A stretch of 16,603 nucleotides of DNA, from UHGV virus genome UHGV-0121259, one strand, 5' to 3'. The notes beneath the pieces were generated by a model. The model had not been told where the DNA came from and did no database searches. It worked only from the letters and a program-made list of their open reading frames with translations. Source of the stretch: a virus. The position numbers were made by a program, and so were the translations under genes. Shown piece by piece: positions 6,718-15,277 of the stretch. Within the stretch, counting starts at the first letter, position 1. Each line of letters opens with the position of its first letter.

Positions 6718-7726
6718 GATTAGCTAGTGGATTCTTTGTTACTGCATCTTCTAAATGGTCGGGGGCAAAGTGGGCGTAAACCATCGTCATTTTTATATCG
6801 GCATGACCCAAAATATCTCGCAGTACCAATATATTTCCGCCGTTCATCATAAAGTGGCTGGCGAATGTATGGCGCAGCACGTGGGTGCATTGCCCCTCCG
6901 GCAGATCAATACTGGCCCGCTTTACTGCCCGCTCAAAGGCTTTTCTGCATGGCGTGAATAACTTCCCTCTGTTTTTGGGGAGTTCTTCATACAGATCCTG
7001 AGAAATAGGCACGGTACGGTTTTTCTTGCCCTTGGTCTTGGTATAGGTGATCCGGTATTTCGATAACTGATGGCCCTGCAGGTTTTCGGCTTCACTCCAG
7101 CGCGCGCCGGTGGCCAGGCATATTTTTGCAATCATCAGCAGGCTGGGGCTTTGAGATTCCGCGCAGGCATCCAGTAGGCGTTTAATTTCTTCCGGAGCCA
7201 AGAACGCCAGCTCACCTTCTGCGATTTTAAATGTTGGTAGCCCGGCGAGAGGGTTTGGTGCTGACCAGTGGCCTAGCTTTTTCAGGGTGCCAAAAACCGA
7301 TGATAGGTTACGTTGTTCGAGGTTTACCGTTCGGGGCTTAACTGGTGACATAAACGCGCCATCTTCATTTCGCATTTCACCTTTTAGCCGCGCTTCCCGA
7401 TATTTTGTGAAATCGGCTGCCGTTAACTCTGAAGCAACCGGATCGCCCAGACCATTACAAATAATGTTGAGTTTCGCCATTAGACGTTTCGGATCCGCAA
7501 GCGTCTGACCGTAGAGTGAGTGCCATTGCTCAATTACTTCTGACAAGCGCCGCCGATCTTCCTTCTCACCAAGCCATGGCTTTTTGTTCACTTCATCCAT
7601 GGTGAAGTTTTCGAATGCTACGGCCTCACCTTTCGTCGCAAATTGCTTGCGCACGCGTTTGCCGTCGCGTCCGTTTGGGTAGCATTCACACAACCATTTT
7701 CCGTTCGGCTGCTTTCTGATGGTCAT
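6686..7726 (-). CDS. int: P2/186-family tyrosine integrase
   Basis: 346 aa; N-terminal arm-binding type fold (KQPNGKWLCECYPNGRDGKRVRKQFATKGEA) and C-terminal catalytic box HVLRHTFASHFMMNGGNILVLRDILGHADIKMTMVYAHF. ATG at 7724-7726, three nucleotides downstream of the repressor stop, as in the P2 C-int operon. Confidence 0.9.
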   Translation of the reverse strand: MTIRKQPNGKWLCECYPNGRDGKRVRKQFATKGEAVAFENFTMDEVNKKPWLGEKEDRRRLSEVIEQWHSLYGQTLADPKRLMAKLNIICNGLGDPVASELTAADFTKYREARLKGEMRNEDGAFMSPVKPRTVNLEQRNLSSVFGTLKKLGHWSAPNPLAGLPTFKIAEGELAFLAPEEIKRLLDACAESQSPSLLMIAKICLATGARWSEAENLQGHQLSKYRITYTKTKGKKNRTVPISQDLYEELPKNRGKLFTPCRKAFERAVKRASIDLPEGQCTHVLRHTFASHFMMNGGNILVLRDILGHADIKMTMVYAHFAPDHLEDAVTKNPLANLGWRNSKSVY

Positions 7727-7729
7727 AAG

Positions 7730-8362
7730 TTAGAGGCTCTTGATTACTTTTATAGCACGGCCTACAACCTCGATATCATCAAGGCTGCACTCAAAAGATG
7801 ACTCACCCTGCTGGACAATTAAGCGATTGCCGGGGATGCGTGCAAGTTTAGCTATCGTTTTTATTCCATCAATATCAACGAGCCATACGCCATTTACTGG
7901 TGGAGTACCGCTACGGTCAACGAGGTAAGAGCCATCGTCTGTATGGATGAGCCACGGATTAGTCATGTTGTGGGGGATTAGACTTTTATCCAATATCACC
8001 TTGCCTTGGTCCACTAAAGCGCCACCATCTAATGTGGCCTTATCAATTTCAGGCGCTACAACCTCGGATAACGGTTTGATGTGGGGCTGGTTCACAAAAC
8101 CAAAACTATTTTCCTGCGCATTATTATCATTTTTATCACCTTGCCCAGTCGTTAACCAAAGCAGCGAAACCCCAGTTTCAAGAGCGCACTGTATAACCCA
8201 TTCTGCAGGGAAGCTATCTCTTAAGTATCTGTTTGCCATAGTGCTTTTTGAAACGGAAAGATGGTCACACAACTGCTGTCGAGAGTTGAAGTTATAAGCC
8301 TTAATCAGCCTATTGATAGCTTCACGCCCTCCGCTCTCATTACCTACCTTGATAGATCTCAT
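7730..8362 (-). CDS. phage CI-type immunity repressor (186-like size class)
   Basis: About 210 aa directly upstream of and co-oriented with int, divergent from the early operon; N-terminal region has an HTH-like segment (QQLCDHLSVSKSTMANRYL). No GDSM-type S24 peptidase motif seen, so probably not autocleavable. First ATG at 8360-8362. Confidence 0.65.
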   Translation of the reverse strand: MRSIKVGNESGGREAINRLIKAYNFNSRQQLCDHLSVSKSTMANRYLRDSFPAEWVIQCALETGVSLLWLTTGQGDKNDNNAQENSFGFVNQPHIKPLSEVVAPEIDKATLDGGALVDQGKVILDKSLIPHNMTNPWLIHTDDGSYLVDRSGTPPVNGVWLVDIDGIKTIAKLARIPGNRLIVQQGESSFECSLDDIEVVGRAIKVIKSL

Positions 8363-8374
8363 AAGCAAAACCCT

Positions 8375-8402
8375 TGACGTATATAAAATGTGATCTTAGT
8401 AT
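8375..8402 (+). promoter_or_regulatory. candidate rightward early promoter in the CI/cox switch region
   Basis: TTGACG, 16-nt spacer, TAGTAT in the 110-bp divergent intergenic region; overlaps the repressor translation start region. Confidence 0.3.
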
Positions 8403-8478
8403 TCATTCAAGGTTTGAAAAACAAACCTAAACCCTATAAAACGAGATAAATCGAAACCAAACTAAGAGATACTGCACT

Positions 8479-8721
8479 ATGAGCACTGATATTTCAATTC
8501 GTGTACCTAAAGAGATGGCTACGCCTGCAGAGTTCGCTGAATGGGAAGGTATCTCCCGTGGTTCTGTTTACCAGAAAATTCACCATGGTCAGCTTGCTAA
8601 GTACATGGTCAAGAAAGAAAAAAACAAAGGTCGCGTAAGTCTGCGTTACCTGATGTACAAAACCGACCAGGTTCGAGAATCCCTCGGTCATTCCAACTTT
8701 CGCGTCATTGTTGGTCAGTAA
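8479..8721 (+). CDS. Cox/Apl-like small DNA-binding protein (excisionase and switch regulator position)
   Basis: 80 aa, first gene of the operon divergent from CI; winged-helix-like segment ATPAEFAEWEGISRGSVYQKIHHGQL; position equals P2 cox / 186 apl. Confidence 0.5.
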   Translation: MSTDISIRVPKEMATPAEFAEWEGISRGSVYQKIHHGQLAKYMVKKEKNKGRVSLRYLMYKTDQVRESLGHSNFRVIVGQ

Positions 8722-8753
8722 GTTCAATTATGAGAACTTTTTGAGAGAGGCAC

Positions 8754-9263
8754 ATGTTTGATTATAAGATTTCCAAACATCCACACTTTGACGAAGCCTG
8801 CCGGGCTTTCGCGCTGCGTCACAACATGGCGAAGTTGGCAGAACGCGCAGGAATGAATGTCCAGACGCTGCGCAATAAGCTGAACCCGGAGCAACCGCAT
8901 CAACTTACGCCGCCGGAGATCTGGCTGCTGACTGATATCACAGAAGACTCAACGCTGGTTGACGGTTTTCTGGCTCAAATCCATTGCCTGCCGTGCGTGC
9001 CATTGAATGAAGTGGCAAAAGAGAACCTGCCACATTACGTCATGAGTGCAACTGCGGAGATTGGGCGTGTAGCTGCAGGCGCAGTATCCGGTGATGTGAA
9101 AACCAGTGCAGGCCGCCGCGATGTGATCAATAGCATCAACTCAGTTACGCGCCTTATGGCACTCACTGCAGTTTCATTGCATGCGCGTTTGCAGGCGAAT
9201 CCGGCGATGGCAAGCGCGGTAGATACCGTGACGGGCCTGGGCGCTTCGTTCGGTCTGATCTGA
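8754..9263 (+). CDS. CII-like regulatory protein (186 CII position and size)
   Basis: 169 aa with strong GAGAGAGG ribosome-binding site; second gene of the early operon; helix-turn-helix-like N-terminal region. Assignment is by synteny and size, not verified by alignment. Confidence 0.45.
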   Translation: MFDYKISKHPHFDEACRAFALRHNMAKLAERAGMNVQTLRNKLNPEQPHQLTPPEIWLLTDITEDSTLVDGFLAQIHCLPCVPLNEVAKENLPHYVMSATAEIGRVAAGAVSGDVKTSAGRRDVINSINSVTRLMALTAVSLHARLQANPAMASAVDTVTGLGASFGLI

Positions 9264-9270
9264 GGTGGCT

Positions 9271-9471
9271 ATGCTGACTAAAGAACCATCTTTTGCATCA
9301 CTGCTCGTTAAGCAAAGTCCTGCAATGCACTGCGGTCATGGCTGGATTATGGGGAAGGATGGCAAGCGCTGGCATCCATGCCGCTCTCAGGATGCGCTGC
9401 TGGACGAACTGTCTACTAAAAAGCAGGGGAAACCATGGCTATTGAAGGCGATGCTGCGACTGTTCCGCTAA
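9271..9471 (+). CDS. hypothetical small protein (66 aa)
   Basis: ATG at 9271 preceded by GAGGTGG; Cys/His-containing (HCGHGW...WHPC), possibly metal-binding; early operon. Confidence 0.4.
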   Translation: MLTKEPSFASLLVKQSPAMHCGHGWIMGKDGKRWHPCRSQDALLDELSTKKQGKPWLLKAMLRLFR

Positions 9472-9776
9472 GCGCTGGCCTCCGCCTTAATGGGTTAAAC
9501 CACATCGCGGAATTAAGGGCGAAAGTGTTTGGCTTAAATATTGATTCAGAACTGGAGCGCTTTATTAGCGATATGCGGGACCAACGGGATATTAACCATG
9601 AGCAGAATAAACGCGCACTAGCCGCAATATTCTTTATGGCAAAGATTCCGGCGGAACGTCATAGCGTCAATGTTAGTGAGCTGACGACTGACGAAAAGCG
9701 GAATCTGATTAAAACAATGAACCATTTCCGTACAGTGGTGAGTTTATTTCCAAATCGGCTAGCCATGCCGAATTAA
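9435..9776 (+). CDS. hypothetical protein (113 aa)
   Basis: ATG with AGGGGA ribosome-binding site; overlaps the previous ORF by 37 nt in another frame; early operon. Confidence 0.4.
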   Translation: MAIEGDAATVPLSAGLRLNGLNHIAELRAKVFGLNIDSELERFISDMRDQRDINHEQNKRALAAIFFMAKIPAERHSVNVSELTTDEKRNLIKTMNHFRTVVSLFPNRLAMPN

Positions 9777-9843
9777 TCCACAACCGAAATTAAAGGCGTA
9801 AACCCGCCGGGCATCTTATTGCCCAAATTCAGGAGAAACAACA

Positions 9844-10077
9844 ATGCGAAATATTGAAACCCGAATCACCAAAACAGGACCAGATGATGCTGGCCTTAAC
9901 CAGATGCTGACTGATGCGCGCATGGAAGAACGCCGTGCACGTGCTGCGGCAATGGTAGCCCGTCTTGATAGCCTGGCTTGCCATATCACGTCACGCCAGC
10001 TTAATCACGTTGAAGCGGCGGAGCTGCTGCGTATTGCGGCTGAAAACATTCAGAACGAAGCGCAGGAGATCCACTGA
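9844..10077 (+). CDS. hypothetical protein (77 aa)
   Basis: ATG with AGGAGA ribosome-binding site; stop overlaps the next start (TGATG). Confidence 0.45.
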   Translation: MRNIETRITKTGPDDAGLNQMLTDARMEERRARAAAMVARLDSLACHITSRQLNHVEAAELLRIAAENIQNEAQEIH

Positions 10078-10304
10078 TGGCTGATTCAATGGACCTTGTA
10101 CAGCAGCGCGTTGAAGAAGAACGTCAGCGCCACATCCACACCGCCCGCAACAGAACGCCGGGCGTTTCCCGTGTGCTTTGCATTGATTGTGATGCACCGA
10201 TCCCGCCAGAACGTCGCCGCGCTATTCCGGGCGTGCAGTGTTGCGTCACCTGTCAGGAAATTGCGGAGCTGAAAGGCAAACATTACGTAGGGGGTGCTGT
10301 ATGA
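10077..10304 (+). CDS. TraR/DksA-family C4 zinc-finger protein
   Basis: 75 aa with CIDCDAPIPPERRRAIPGVQCCVTCQ, the four-Cys zinc-finger spacing of phage TraR-like proteins; stop overlaps the dam start (ATGA). Confidence 0.7.
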   Translation: MADSMDLVQQRVEEERQRHIHTARNRTPGVSRVLCIDCDAPIPPERRRAIPGVQCCVTCQEIAELKGKHYVGGAV

Positions 10305-11158
10305 GCACTATCCTGAAATGGGCGGGTAATAAAACCTCCATCATGGCAGAACTGAAAAAACACCTTCCAGCAGGCCCGCGACTGGTTGAACCTTTCGCGG
10401 GTTCATGCGCTGTGATGATGGAGACAGACTATCCTCATTATCTTGTCGCGGATATTAATCCAGACCTGATTAATCTCTATCAGGTGATTAAAAATGATGT
10501 TGAATACTTCATCAAAGAGGGCAGATATCTTTTTGAAGCCCGTAATGATCCAGAGGCATATCATAAGACGAGACAGGAGTTTAACTTGCGCCATGGTGGT
10601 GCAATTGAACGCGCATTGTATTTCTTATATTTAAATCGCCATGGTTATCGCGGACTGTGTCGCTATAACTTGGACGGTTATTTTAATGTTCCTTACGGAA
10701 ATTATAAAAAGCCGTACTTCCCTGAAAACGAAATATGCGCATTTGCAGAAAAAGCAAAACGCGCAACGTTTATCTGCGCCAGCTATGACGAGACACTGGC
10801 ACTGCTGCAAACGGGTGATGTTGTCTATTGCGATCCACCATATGACGGCACGTTTAACGGATATCACACAGCTGGTTTTACAGAGGATGATCAGTACCAT
10901 CTGGCGTCTATTCTTGAGCGCCGGTCATTAGACGGTCATACGGTTATCGTGTCCAACAGCGATACGTCTCTGACCCGTTCGCTTTATCGTGATTTTACCC
11001 GCCATCGTATAACCGCTAAGCGCAGCATGGGCGTGGCTGCCGGTGATAGTAAAACTGCAGTAGAAATCATCGCCACAAAATCAGCATGCTGGTTTGGTGT
11101 TGATTTGGCGTCTGGTCCTGATATCTCGGTGGAAGCTGAGGTGCGGGCGTGGCAGTGA
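10301..11158 (+). CDS. dam: DNA adenine methyltransferase (Dam-like, N6-adenine)
   Basis: 285 aa; SAM-binding motif [11 protein letters not shown] and catalytic DPPY (VYCDPPYDG); GGGGTG ribosome-binding site; 3' end overlaps the replication gene start by 10 nt. Confidence 0.85.
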   Translation: MSTILKWAGNKTSIMAELKKHLPAGPRLVEPFAGSCAVMMETDYPHYLVADINPDLINLYQVIKNDVEYFIKEGRYLFEARNDPEAYHKTRQEFNLRHGGAIERALYFLYLNRHGYRGLCRYNLDGYFNVPYGNYKKPYFPENEICAFAEKAKRATFICASYDETLALLQTGDVVYCDPPYDGTFNGYHTAGFTEDDQYHLASILERRSLDGHTVIVSNSDTSLTRSLYRDFTRHRITAKRSMGVAAGDSKTAVEIIATKSACWFGVDLASGPDISVEAEVRAWQ

Positions 11159-13557
11159 GTAAATTCACATTACATCATGCACAAACCACCGGCGGCTCGA
11201 ATGAGGCCGCGGTGGCTTTTCCATGGAATGCCCCAAAAAAAGCGGTTAACCCGTATCTGGACCCGGCGGAAGTAGCGCCGGAGTCTGCGCTTTCAAACCT
11301 CATCACTCTGTACGCAGCGGATAACGAGCAGGGGCATCTGCGCCGTGAGGCGCTGAGTGATAAGGTTTGGGAACGTTATTTCTTCAATGAATCCCGTGAT
11401 CCTGTCCAGCGTGAAATAGAGCAGGATCAGCTAATTAGCCATGCCAAAATGGCCCGCGAACAGCAGCGCGTTAATCCCGATTTGGTGATTATTGCCGATG
11501 TAAGCGCTATGCCTGCTCATATCAGCAAGCCTCTGCTGGAGCGGATTAAATACTTCCATAGCCTAGGTAGGGCTAAAGCTTATTCCCGCTATCTGCGCGA
11601 AACAATCAGGCCTTGTCTTGAGCGGCTGGAGCGCGTGCGTGACAGCCAGGTGTCTGCGTCTTTCCTGTTCATGGCGAGCCAAGACGGGCTGGAGGGGCTA
11701 CTGGTACTGCCTGAAATGAGTCAGGATCAGGTCAAACGTTTGTCCACGCTGGTTGCGGCACATATGAGCATGTGCCTTGATGCTGCCAGCGGTGATCTGT
11801 TTGTTGCTGAAGATGTTAAGCCAGAAGAAATCCGCCAGGTATGGGAAAGGGTTGCTGCAGAAGCCATGCGCCTTGAGGTCATCCCGCCTGCCTTTGAGAA
11901 GTTGCGCCGCAAAAAGCGCCGCCGCAAGCCGGTGCCTTATGAACTGATCCCACCGTCGCTGGCGCGCATGCTGTGCGCGGACTGGTGGTATCGCAAATTG
12001 TGGCAGATGCGCTGTGAGTGGCGGGAGGAGCAACTGCGTGCCGTCTGCCTAGTCAACAAGAAAGCGTCCCCGTATGTCAGCTATGAAGCCGTGATCCACA
12101 AACGCGAGCAGCGCCGTAAATCGCTGGAGTTCTTCCGCTCGCATGAGCTGGTCAACGAAGACGGCGACACGCTGGACATGGAAGACGTGGTGAACGCCAG
12201 CAACAGCAACCCGGCACACCGCCGTAATGAAATGATGGCCTGTGTTAAGGGACTGGAGCTGATCGCGGAAATGCGCGGAGACTGCGCGGTGTTTTATACC
12301 ATCACCTGCCCGTCACGCTTCCACGCAACCCTCAACAACGGCAGACCTAATCCGAAGTGGACCAGTGCCACTGTCCGGCAGAGCAGTGACTACCTGGTTG
12401 ATACGTTCGCCGCTTTCCGCAAGGCCATGCACAAGGCCGGGCTGCGCTGGTATGGCGTTCGCGTTGCAGAGCCGCACCATGACGGCACCGTGCACTGGCA
12501 TCTTCTGTGCTTCATGCGCAAAAAAGACCGCCGTTCCATCACCGCACTGCTGCGTAAGTTTGCCATCCGTGAAGACCGCGAGGAGCTGGGCACCAATACC
12601 GGGCCGCGCTTCAAGTCCGAGCTAATCAATCCGCGCAAGGGAACGCCGACCAGCTATATCGCCAAATACATCAGTAAGAACATCGACGGGCGTGGGCTGG
12701 CTAAAGAAATCAGCAAAGAAACCGGAAGATCACTGCGTGACAGCGCCGAGCATGTCAGCGCCTGGGCGTCACTGCACCGTGTTCAGCAATTTCGTTTCTT
12801 TGGTATTCCTGGGCGTCAGGCATACCGCGAGCTGCGCTTGCTTGCTGGTCAGGCGGCGAGAGTGCAGGGCGAACGCAAAGCGGGTGCGCCGGTACTGGAT
12901 AACCCGCGTCTGGATGCGGTACTGGCAGCTGCAGATGCGGGTTGCTTTGCCACTTATATCATGAAGCAGGGCGGTGTACTGGTTCCCCGCAAACATCACC
13001 TTGTCCGCACGGCTTATGAGCTTAACGACGAACCGAGCGCCTACGGCGATCACGGTATCCGTATCTATGGCATCTGGTCCCCGATTGTTGAGGGCAAGAT
13101 TTGCACGCACGCGATGAAGTGGAAAAAGATTCGTAAGGCCGTTGACGTTCAGGAGGCGGCAGCCGACCAGGGCGCTTGCGCCCCTTGGACTCGTGGCAAT
13201 AACTGTCCCCCTGTTGAAAATCTGAACAAATCAGGGGGTGATTTACCTGATATTAAAACCATGGGTGAGAAGGAGCTGCAGGAATATCTCCACAACATGG
13301 GCCAGAAGGAACGGCGGGAGCTGACAGCCAGGTTAAGACTGGTAAAACCTAAGCGGAAAAAAGCCTATAAACAGAATATTTCGGAGCAGCAGCGTCTGCA
13401 GCTTGAGGCAGAACTGACAGCCAGAGGATTTGAAGGTAGTGCATCGGAGATTGATTTGCTCCTGCGTGGCGGCAGCATTCCATCAGGTGCCGGGCTGCGT
13501 ATTTTTTACCGTAACCAGCGGCTGCAGGAAGATGACAAATGGCGTCAGTGGTACTAA
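11149..13557 (+). CDS. replication initiation endonuclease (P2 gpA-type rolling-circle initiator)
   Basis: 802 aa with GTG start; contains the twin-tyrosine motif SYIAKYISK typical of phiX174/P2 A-type nickases; position and size match gene A of P2/186. Confidence 0.85.
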   Translation: MAVSKFTLHHAQTTGGSNEAAVAFPWNAPKKAVNPYLDPAEVAPESALSNLITLYAADNEQGHLRREALSDKVWERYFFNESRDPVQREIEQDQLISHAKMAREQQRVNPDLVIIADVSAMPAHISKPLLERIKYFHSLGRAKAYSRYLRETIRPCLERLERVRDSQVSASFLFMASQDGLEGLLVLPEMSQDQVKRLSTLVAAHMSMCLDAASGDLFVAEDVKPEEIRQVWERVAAEAMRLEVIPPAFEKLRRKKRRRKPVPYELIPPSLARMLCADWWYRKLWQMRCEWREEQLRAVCLVNKKASPYVSYEAVIHKREQRRKSLEFFRSHELVNEDGDTLDMEDVVNASNSNPAHRRNEMMACVKGLELIAEMRGDCAVFYTITCPSRFHATLNNGRPNPKWTSATVRQSSDYLVDTFAAFRKAMHKAGLRWYGVRVAEPHHDGTVHWHLLCFMRKKDRRSITALLRKFAIREDREELGTNTGPRFKSELINPRKGTPTSYIAKYISKNIDGRGLAKEISKETGRSLRDSAEHVSAWASLHRVQQFRFFGIPGRQAYRELRLLAGQAARVQGERKAGAPVLDNPRLDAVLAAADAGCFATYIMKQGGVLVPRKHHLVRTAYELNDEPSAYGDHGIRIYGIWSPIVEGKICTHAMKWKKIRKAVDVQEAAADQGACAPWTRGNNCPPVENLNKSGGDLPDIKTMGEKELQEYLHNMGQKERRELTARLRLVKPKRKKAYKQNISEQQRLQLEAELTARGFEGSASEIDLLLRGGSIPSGAGLRIFYRNQRLQEDDKWRQWY

Positions 13558-13626
13558 GACTGCCGTTTAACAATTAGTGCTTTATTGACTGGTGTCAGTG
13601 TATCCAATTAACTGACAAAAAAGAGT

Positions 13627-13669
13627 TTTACATTTTCAAATCCCTAATATACTGTACACATAAACAGTG
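13627..13669 (+). promoter_or_regulatory. LexA (SOS) box overlapping a sigma70-type promoter
   Basis: TACTGTACACATAAACAGTG at 13650-13669 fits CTGT-N8-ACAG of the LexA consensus; TTTACA (13627-13632) sits 17 nt upstream of TACTGT, so the box overlaps the -10. Confidence 0.55.
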
Positions 13670-13715
13670 GGTATATATACAGTTGTTGTGTATCCGTGTA
13701 ATGATAGGAGGGAAG

Positions 13716-13904
13716 ATGCAGGACTATCTTTTGGAGTCATTAAAGCTCCAGCGTATTGATTTTTTTATCAAGCTTGTAGCGGCTAGTGAGTGCAGCGATG
13801 AAGAAAAGCGGCTGGCTATCCAGTGGGTGTCCGAACTGACCGACGAGCTGATGGCGAAAATCCGCAGCCATGAATACTGCCGGTCAATGGACGTAACCAG
13901 TTAA
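13716..13904 (+). CDS. small SOS-operon protein (62 aa), candidate Tum-like antirepressor
   Basis: ATG at 13716 is 4 nt after a perfect GGAGGG ribosome-binding site; first gene downstream of the LexA box and immediately upstream of dinI-like, mirroring the 186 tum-orf97 operon layout. Function inferred from context only. Confidence 0.4.
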   Translation: MQDYLLESLKLQRIDFFIKLVAASECSDEEKRLAIQWVSELTDELMAKIRSHEYCRSMDVTS

Positions 13905-13915
13905 AGGGAATCTGT

Positions 13916-14149
13916 ATGCGCATTGAAATAATGATCGATAAAGAGCAGAAGATTAGCCAGTCTACACTGGACGCCCTTGAATCCGAGCTTTACCGTAATT
14001 TGCGCCCTCTGTATCCCAAAACAGCAATTCGTATCCGCAAGGGCAGCGCCAATGGCGTTGAACTGAGCGGGTTAAAACTGGATGAAGACAAACAGCGAGT
14101 GATGGAAATAATGCAGCAGGTCTGGGAGGACGACAGTTGGTTACATTAG
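13916..14149 (+). CDS. dinI: DinI-family protein
   Basis: 77 aa; MRIEIMIDK...DALESEL...DEDKQRVMEIMQQVWEDDSW aligns by eye with E. coli DinI (MRIEVTIAK...DALAGEL...KEDKQRISEILQETWESADDW). Confidence 0.85.
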   Translation: MRIEIMIDKEQKISQSTLDALESELYRNLRPLYPKTAIRIRKGSANGVELSGLKLDEDKQRVMEIMQQVWEDDSWLH

Positions 14150-14282
14150 CGAACGTTGCGGACGATAAAACTGGTTTTTACCGTCCGCAAGGTTGAACAA
14201 CGAGCCACGCGAGGCGTTAGTGCTGTTGTGCATGTCTATGCCGCATGAAATCGCATGATCGTTTGAGGATCGTTTTTGCTGA

Positions 14283-14308
14283 GGCCCGCCAGAACTGGCG
14301 GGCTTTTG
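14283..14308 (+). terminator. rho-independent terminator of the SOS operon
   Basis: GGCCCGCCAG-AA-CTGGCGGGC followed by TTTTGCTT. Confidence 0.6.
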
Positions 14309-14353
14309 CTTATGTCATGCAGGTGCATGAAAACCGCTACACAAAGCGGGCAG

Positions 14354-14372
14354 GCGTGGCGGGGATACGAGC
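14354..14372. other. candidate cos (cohesive end) site of the prophage
   Basis: GGCGTGGCGGGGATACGAG; the first 13 nt match my recollection of the 186 cohesive end (GGCGTGGCGGGGAAAGCAT). It lies in a 450-bp non-coding GC-rich stretch between the late-early region and the portal gene, where cos sits in P2/186. Recollection-based, unverified. Confidence 0.3.
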
Positions 14373-14598
14373 GCGCGCCGCGGGGTGAAATAGTAAAATT
14401 CACTTAGCCTCAGGCCCGCTGATGGCTTCCTTCTGAAAGGGAGGGGGCGTTTTTGTGCAATCTTGTTTGAAGGGATTTAAATAAATGTTGAATGTGTTCC
14501 GGAGTTGGCTGTAGATTTAGTGTTCTGTCACAAGTTGCAGTGATAGGTAGCAAACCTTTAAAAGGTTCTGCTATTGTTTCATTAAAGATTTATAGTCT

Positions 14599-15198
14599 TT
14601 GTCCGAAAATGACATTAAAGTAGTCGCCTTTAATGTCGTAAGCATGAAGGACAGAGAATTGAACTTAGAGCAGATTGCCAGTCAAAGTATAAGTAACCTT
14701 CAGTTTCTTCTCGATACTTTGAAGATGCCGTTGGCTGTTGGTCCAATCAGTGATGAAGACTATGTGATCCTGACCACAGGATACGCTCAGCTAGAATGGG
14801 ATTATGGTTTTTCTCGGTTTGGCAATCGAAGTGATAAGTTTGAATTTTGTTTGAAGCTCCTTGCGGGGCCACTTAGGCATATCCCTTCTGGCGCAGCTAT
14901 GTGCACCTTTGATGAGGACGCTGGAGTCATAGAGATCCATTTTGTGGAATCTTTTGTGAAAGATGATGACGTAGAGCATCCTCTTTACGGCAACATGTTC
15001 ATGGTTACATTGTGGGCGGTATATCTTTTTGGTAGCGCGGTTGGGTGTCAAGAGATTCGCATCCCTGAAGCCCTGAATCAAAAAGTTGCTGATCACTATA
15101 AAAAATTTGGTTTTAAAGGTGATATAAGCTTGCTTTCGGCACCTTTTGCTACAATAACTGATGTAGTAAGACGCTACATTACTTCTAAGAAACAGTAG
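14599..15198 (+). CDS. hypothetical protein (184-199 aa), cargo gene; possible divergent GNAT-like fold
   Basis: ORF in a lower-GC segment (by eye) between cos-like site and portal gene. Start uncertain (TTG 14599 or ATG 14644, neither with a strong ribosome-binding site). C-terminal EALNQKVADHYKKFGF resembles acetyltransferase motif B (e.g. AtaT EALNEKAHTFYKSLGF), but the CoA-binding Q/R-x-x-G-x-G/A motif is not evident. Confidence 0.55.
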   Translation: MSENDIKVVAFNVVSMKDRELNLEQIASQSISNLQFLLDTLKMPLAVGPISDEDYVILTTGYAQLEWDYGFSRFGNRSDKFEFCLKLLAGPLRHIPSGAAMCTFDEDAGVIEIHFVESFVKDDDVEHPLYGNMFMVTLWAVYLFGSAVGCQEIRIPEALNQKVADHYKKFGFKGDISLLSAPFATITDVVRRYITSKKQ

Positions 15199-15277
15199 AT
15201 AAATTTTTGCGCAGTGCTACAATGCTGCGCCAAACATCCACCACCGGATGATGAGGCTTGACCTCTAAGAGGAAATC

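Noticed and set aside
6755-8297. Antisense or overlapping ORFs within int and the repressor (6755-6961, 6922-7131, 7287-7508, 7740-7928, 7947-8297)
   Set aside because: Overlap conserved integrase and repressor frames; no ribosome-binding sites.
8494-8727. 77-aa minus-strand ORF antisense to the Cox/Apl-like gene
   Set aside because: Antisense to a gene with proper start context and HTH-like sequence; chosen frame is the plus-strand one.
9991-11158. Minus-strand and alternative-frame ORFs across the TraR-like/dam region (9991-10197, 10086-10283, 10403-10594, 10631-10900, 10641-10931) and the extended 10238 start for dam
   Set aside because: Dam has an unambiguous ATG with ribosome-binding site at 10301 and canonical motifs in its frame; the others are off-frame or antisense.
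11698-13573. Antisense or off-frame ORFs inside the replication gene (11698-12033, 11727-11927, 12313-12501, 12365-12625, 12390-12638, 12692-12964, 12769-13110, 13349-13573)
   Set aside because: All embedded in the 802-aa gpA-type frame, which carries the diagnostic tyrosine motif; translations are Arg/Ala-rich off-frame products.
14791-15096. 101-aa minus-strand ORF antisense to the cargo gene
   Set aside because: Antisense to the longer plus-strand ORF that is flanked by terminators in the plus orientation; no ribosome-binding site.
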